This document shows, piece by piece, positions 15,947 through 16,969 of a DNA stretch of 16,969 nt. The position numbers were made by a program, and so were the translations under genes. Each line of letters begins with the position of its first letter. The first letter of the stretch is position 1. Under the pieces are notes generated by a model that did not search any database, was not told where the DNA came from, and saw nothing but the letters and a program-made list of their open reading frames with translations. Origin of the DNA: a virus (lineage: Duplodnaviria > Heunggongvirae > Uroviricota > Caudoviricetes); IMG/VR virus record IMGVR_UViG_2663763054_000010. One strand, given 5' to 3'.

Positions 15947-16170
15947 TTTTTAAATACTTCACAATTCAGGCGGTTGACTGTTGTCTGGTTTGCGGGGAGT
16001 TTGTTAAAAGAAACTGGCATGGTGAATCCCCCTGTGCGGAGGGGCAATCAGCGAGTAGGTATATGGGATAATCGCGGATTCAGGTGCTGGTACTGAATTC
16101 ACCGGGAGGCACCCGGCACCATGCAATGGCACATAGCGCCACTCTCCAGCCCCTCTCCGGAGGGGCTGTT
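15947..16170 (+). other. conserved structured non-coding element, copy 2
   Basis: Aligns to 12293-12514 with scattered substitutions; ends in perfect hairpin AGCCCCTC-TCCG-GAGGGGCT. Confidence 0.3.
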
Positions 16171-16202
16171 TATATTGATTTTGTCAGATGTGAGTAAACT
16201 CC

Positions 16203-16538
16203 TTATGGACTTTGTTGTTTTAGTCCATAAGGACATATTTGCAGAGTGCAACGGTTATTAAAGCATTCATTCAATACGTTATCTGTATTTGTAGGGCATT
16301 CCTGGCTATTTTTGATTGAATTCCAGAATGTTTTATTGAATGGTACTACGTTGTAAATGGTTACAGGTAGCACTTTGTTATTGAGCATGATGCCTGTGTG
16401 AGTCAGTGTAAATATACTTTCAGGAGGTAAGAAAGCATCCGATTGATACCAGATTATTAATTTTATTTTACTCCATATGACTGAAAAAGATATTCCGCAT
16501 GATGGCTGGATAACTGTATCAATCACAATCCACTTCAT
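16203..16538 (-). CDS. hypothetical protein (111 aa) in AT-rich region
   Basis: ORF only; 3' end coincides with a perfect inverted repeat (about 16202-16232). Confidence 0.25.
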   Translation of the reverse strand: MKWIVIDTVIQPSCGISFSVIWSKIKLIIWYQSDAFLPPESIFTLTHTGIMLNNKVLPVTIYNVVPFNKTFWNSIKNSQECPTNTDNVLNECFNNRCTLQICPYGLKQQSP

Positions 16539-16797
16539 TTAGTTTCCTTGTTTATGCCTTGCTGGTGATGTTCTGAAAAGTATAAATGATATTTTTGAAT
16601 GTAAACCATAGAGCAGAATTATTTTTCTGATGTTGTTTATTGTTTATTTAAATGCAGGGTGGTTTATATCTCGTCTTGTAGTTTATCCATGCATATCTGC
16701 TTGATAATCAGGTTTTTATTTAAGGTATGGTTTTGTGTTTTTTCTGTATTACATGTCAGGTATTTTAAAGAATTATTTTTCAGATGGTGGAAAGAAC

Positions 16798-16925
16798 CAT
16801 GGCATTTAAACACTATGATGTTGTCAGGGCGGCGCCGCCGTCAGATCTTGCGGAAAAGCTGACACATAAACTGAAAGAGGGCTGGCAGCCGTTTGGTAGT
16901 CCGGTGGCCATAACCCCTTATACCC
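16798..16925 (+). pseudogene. 5' part of a small prophage gene (MAFKHYDVVRAAPPSDLAEKLTHKLKEGWQPFGSP...), interrupted by the IS end
   Basis: GGTGGAAAG RBS before ATG 16798; frame runs into the IS terminus at 16926; motif resembles recalled DUF1737-type proteins (uncertain). Confidence 0.4.
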
Positions 16926-16969
16926 TGAGGTGTACTGGCAATAGCGGACACTACCATTTGTTCTTTTTT
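16926..16969 (-). mobile_element. IS3-family (IS600-like) element, right end only, cut by window end
   Basis: TGAGGTGTACTGGCAATAGCGGACACTACCATTTGTTCTTTTTT identical to 12692-12735. Confidence 0.75.

Noticed and set aside
1-16969. CRISPR array or other short tandem-repeat array
   Set aside because: No regularly spaced short direct repeats seen; all repetition is kb-scale gene-module duplication.

Overview
This window is a heavily rearranged, IS-riddled lambdoid prophage late-regulatory region of Enterobacteriaceae type (E. coli/Shigella-like). It holds four copies of a rusA–Q module in two allelic variants (a: 2883-4006 and 9138-10336; b: 5715-6907 and 13843-14936), each followed where intact by a candidate late promoter and short terminator. 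A 2.67-kb block (1332-4006) is repeated exactly at 7587-10261. Other content: a HokD-like type I toxin, a YdfU-like protein with a C-terminal HNH motif, an orphan DPPY DNA methyltransferase, two tRNA clusters (Ile2-CAU, Arg-UCG or a degenerate copy, Arg-UCU), a complete IS2, and three copies or ends of an IS3-family (IS600-like) element. Both IS elements sit at rearrangement junctions rather than simple insertions. No stx genes follow the tRNAs; instead there is a conserved ~215-bp structured non-coding element in two copies and an AT-rich cargo region with unassigned ORFs. All calls are from reading the sequence and recalled family motifs; no searches were run.
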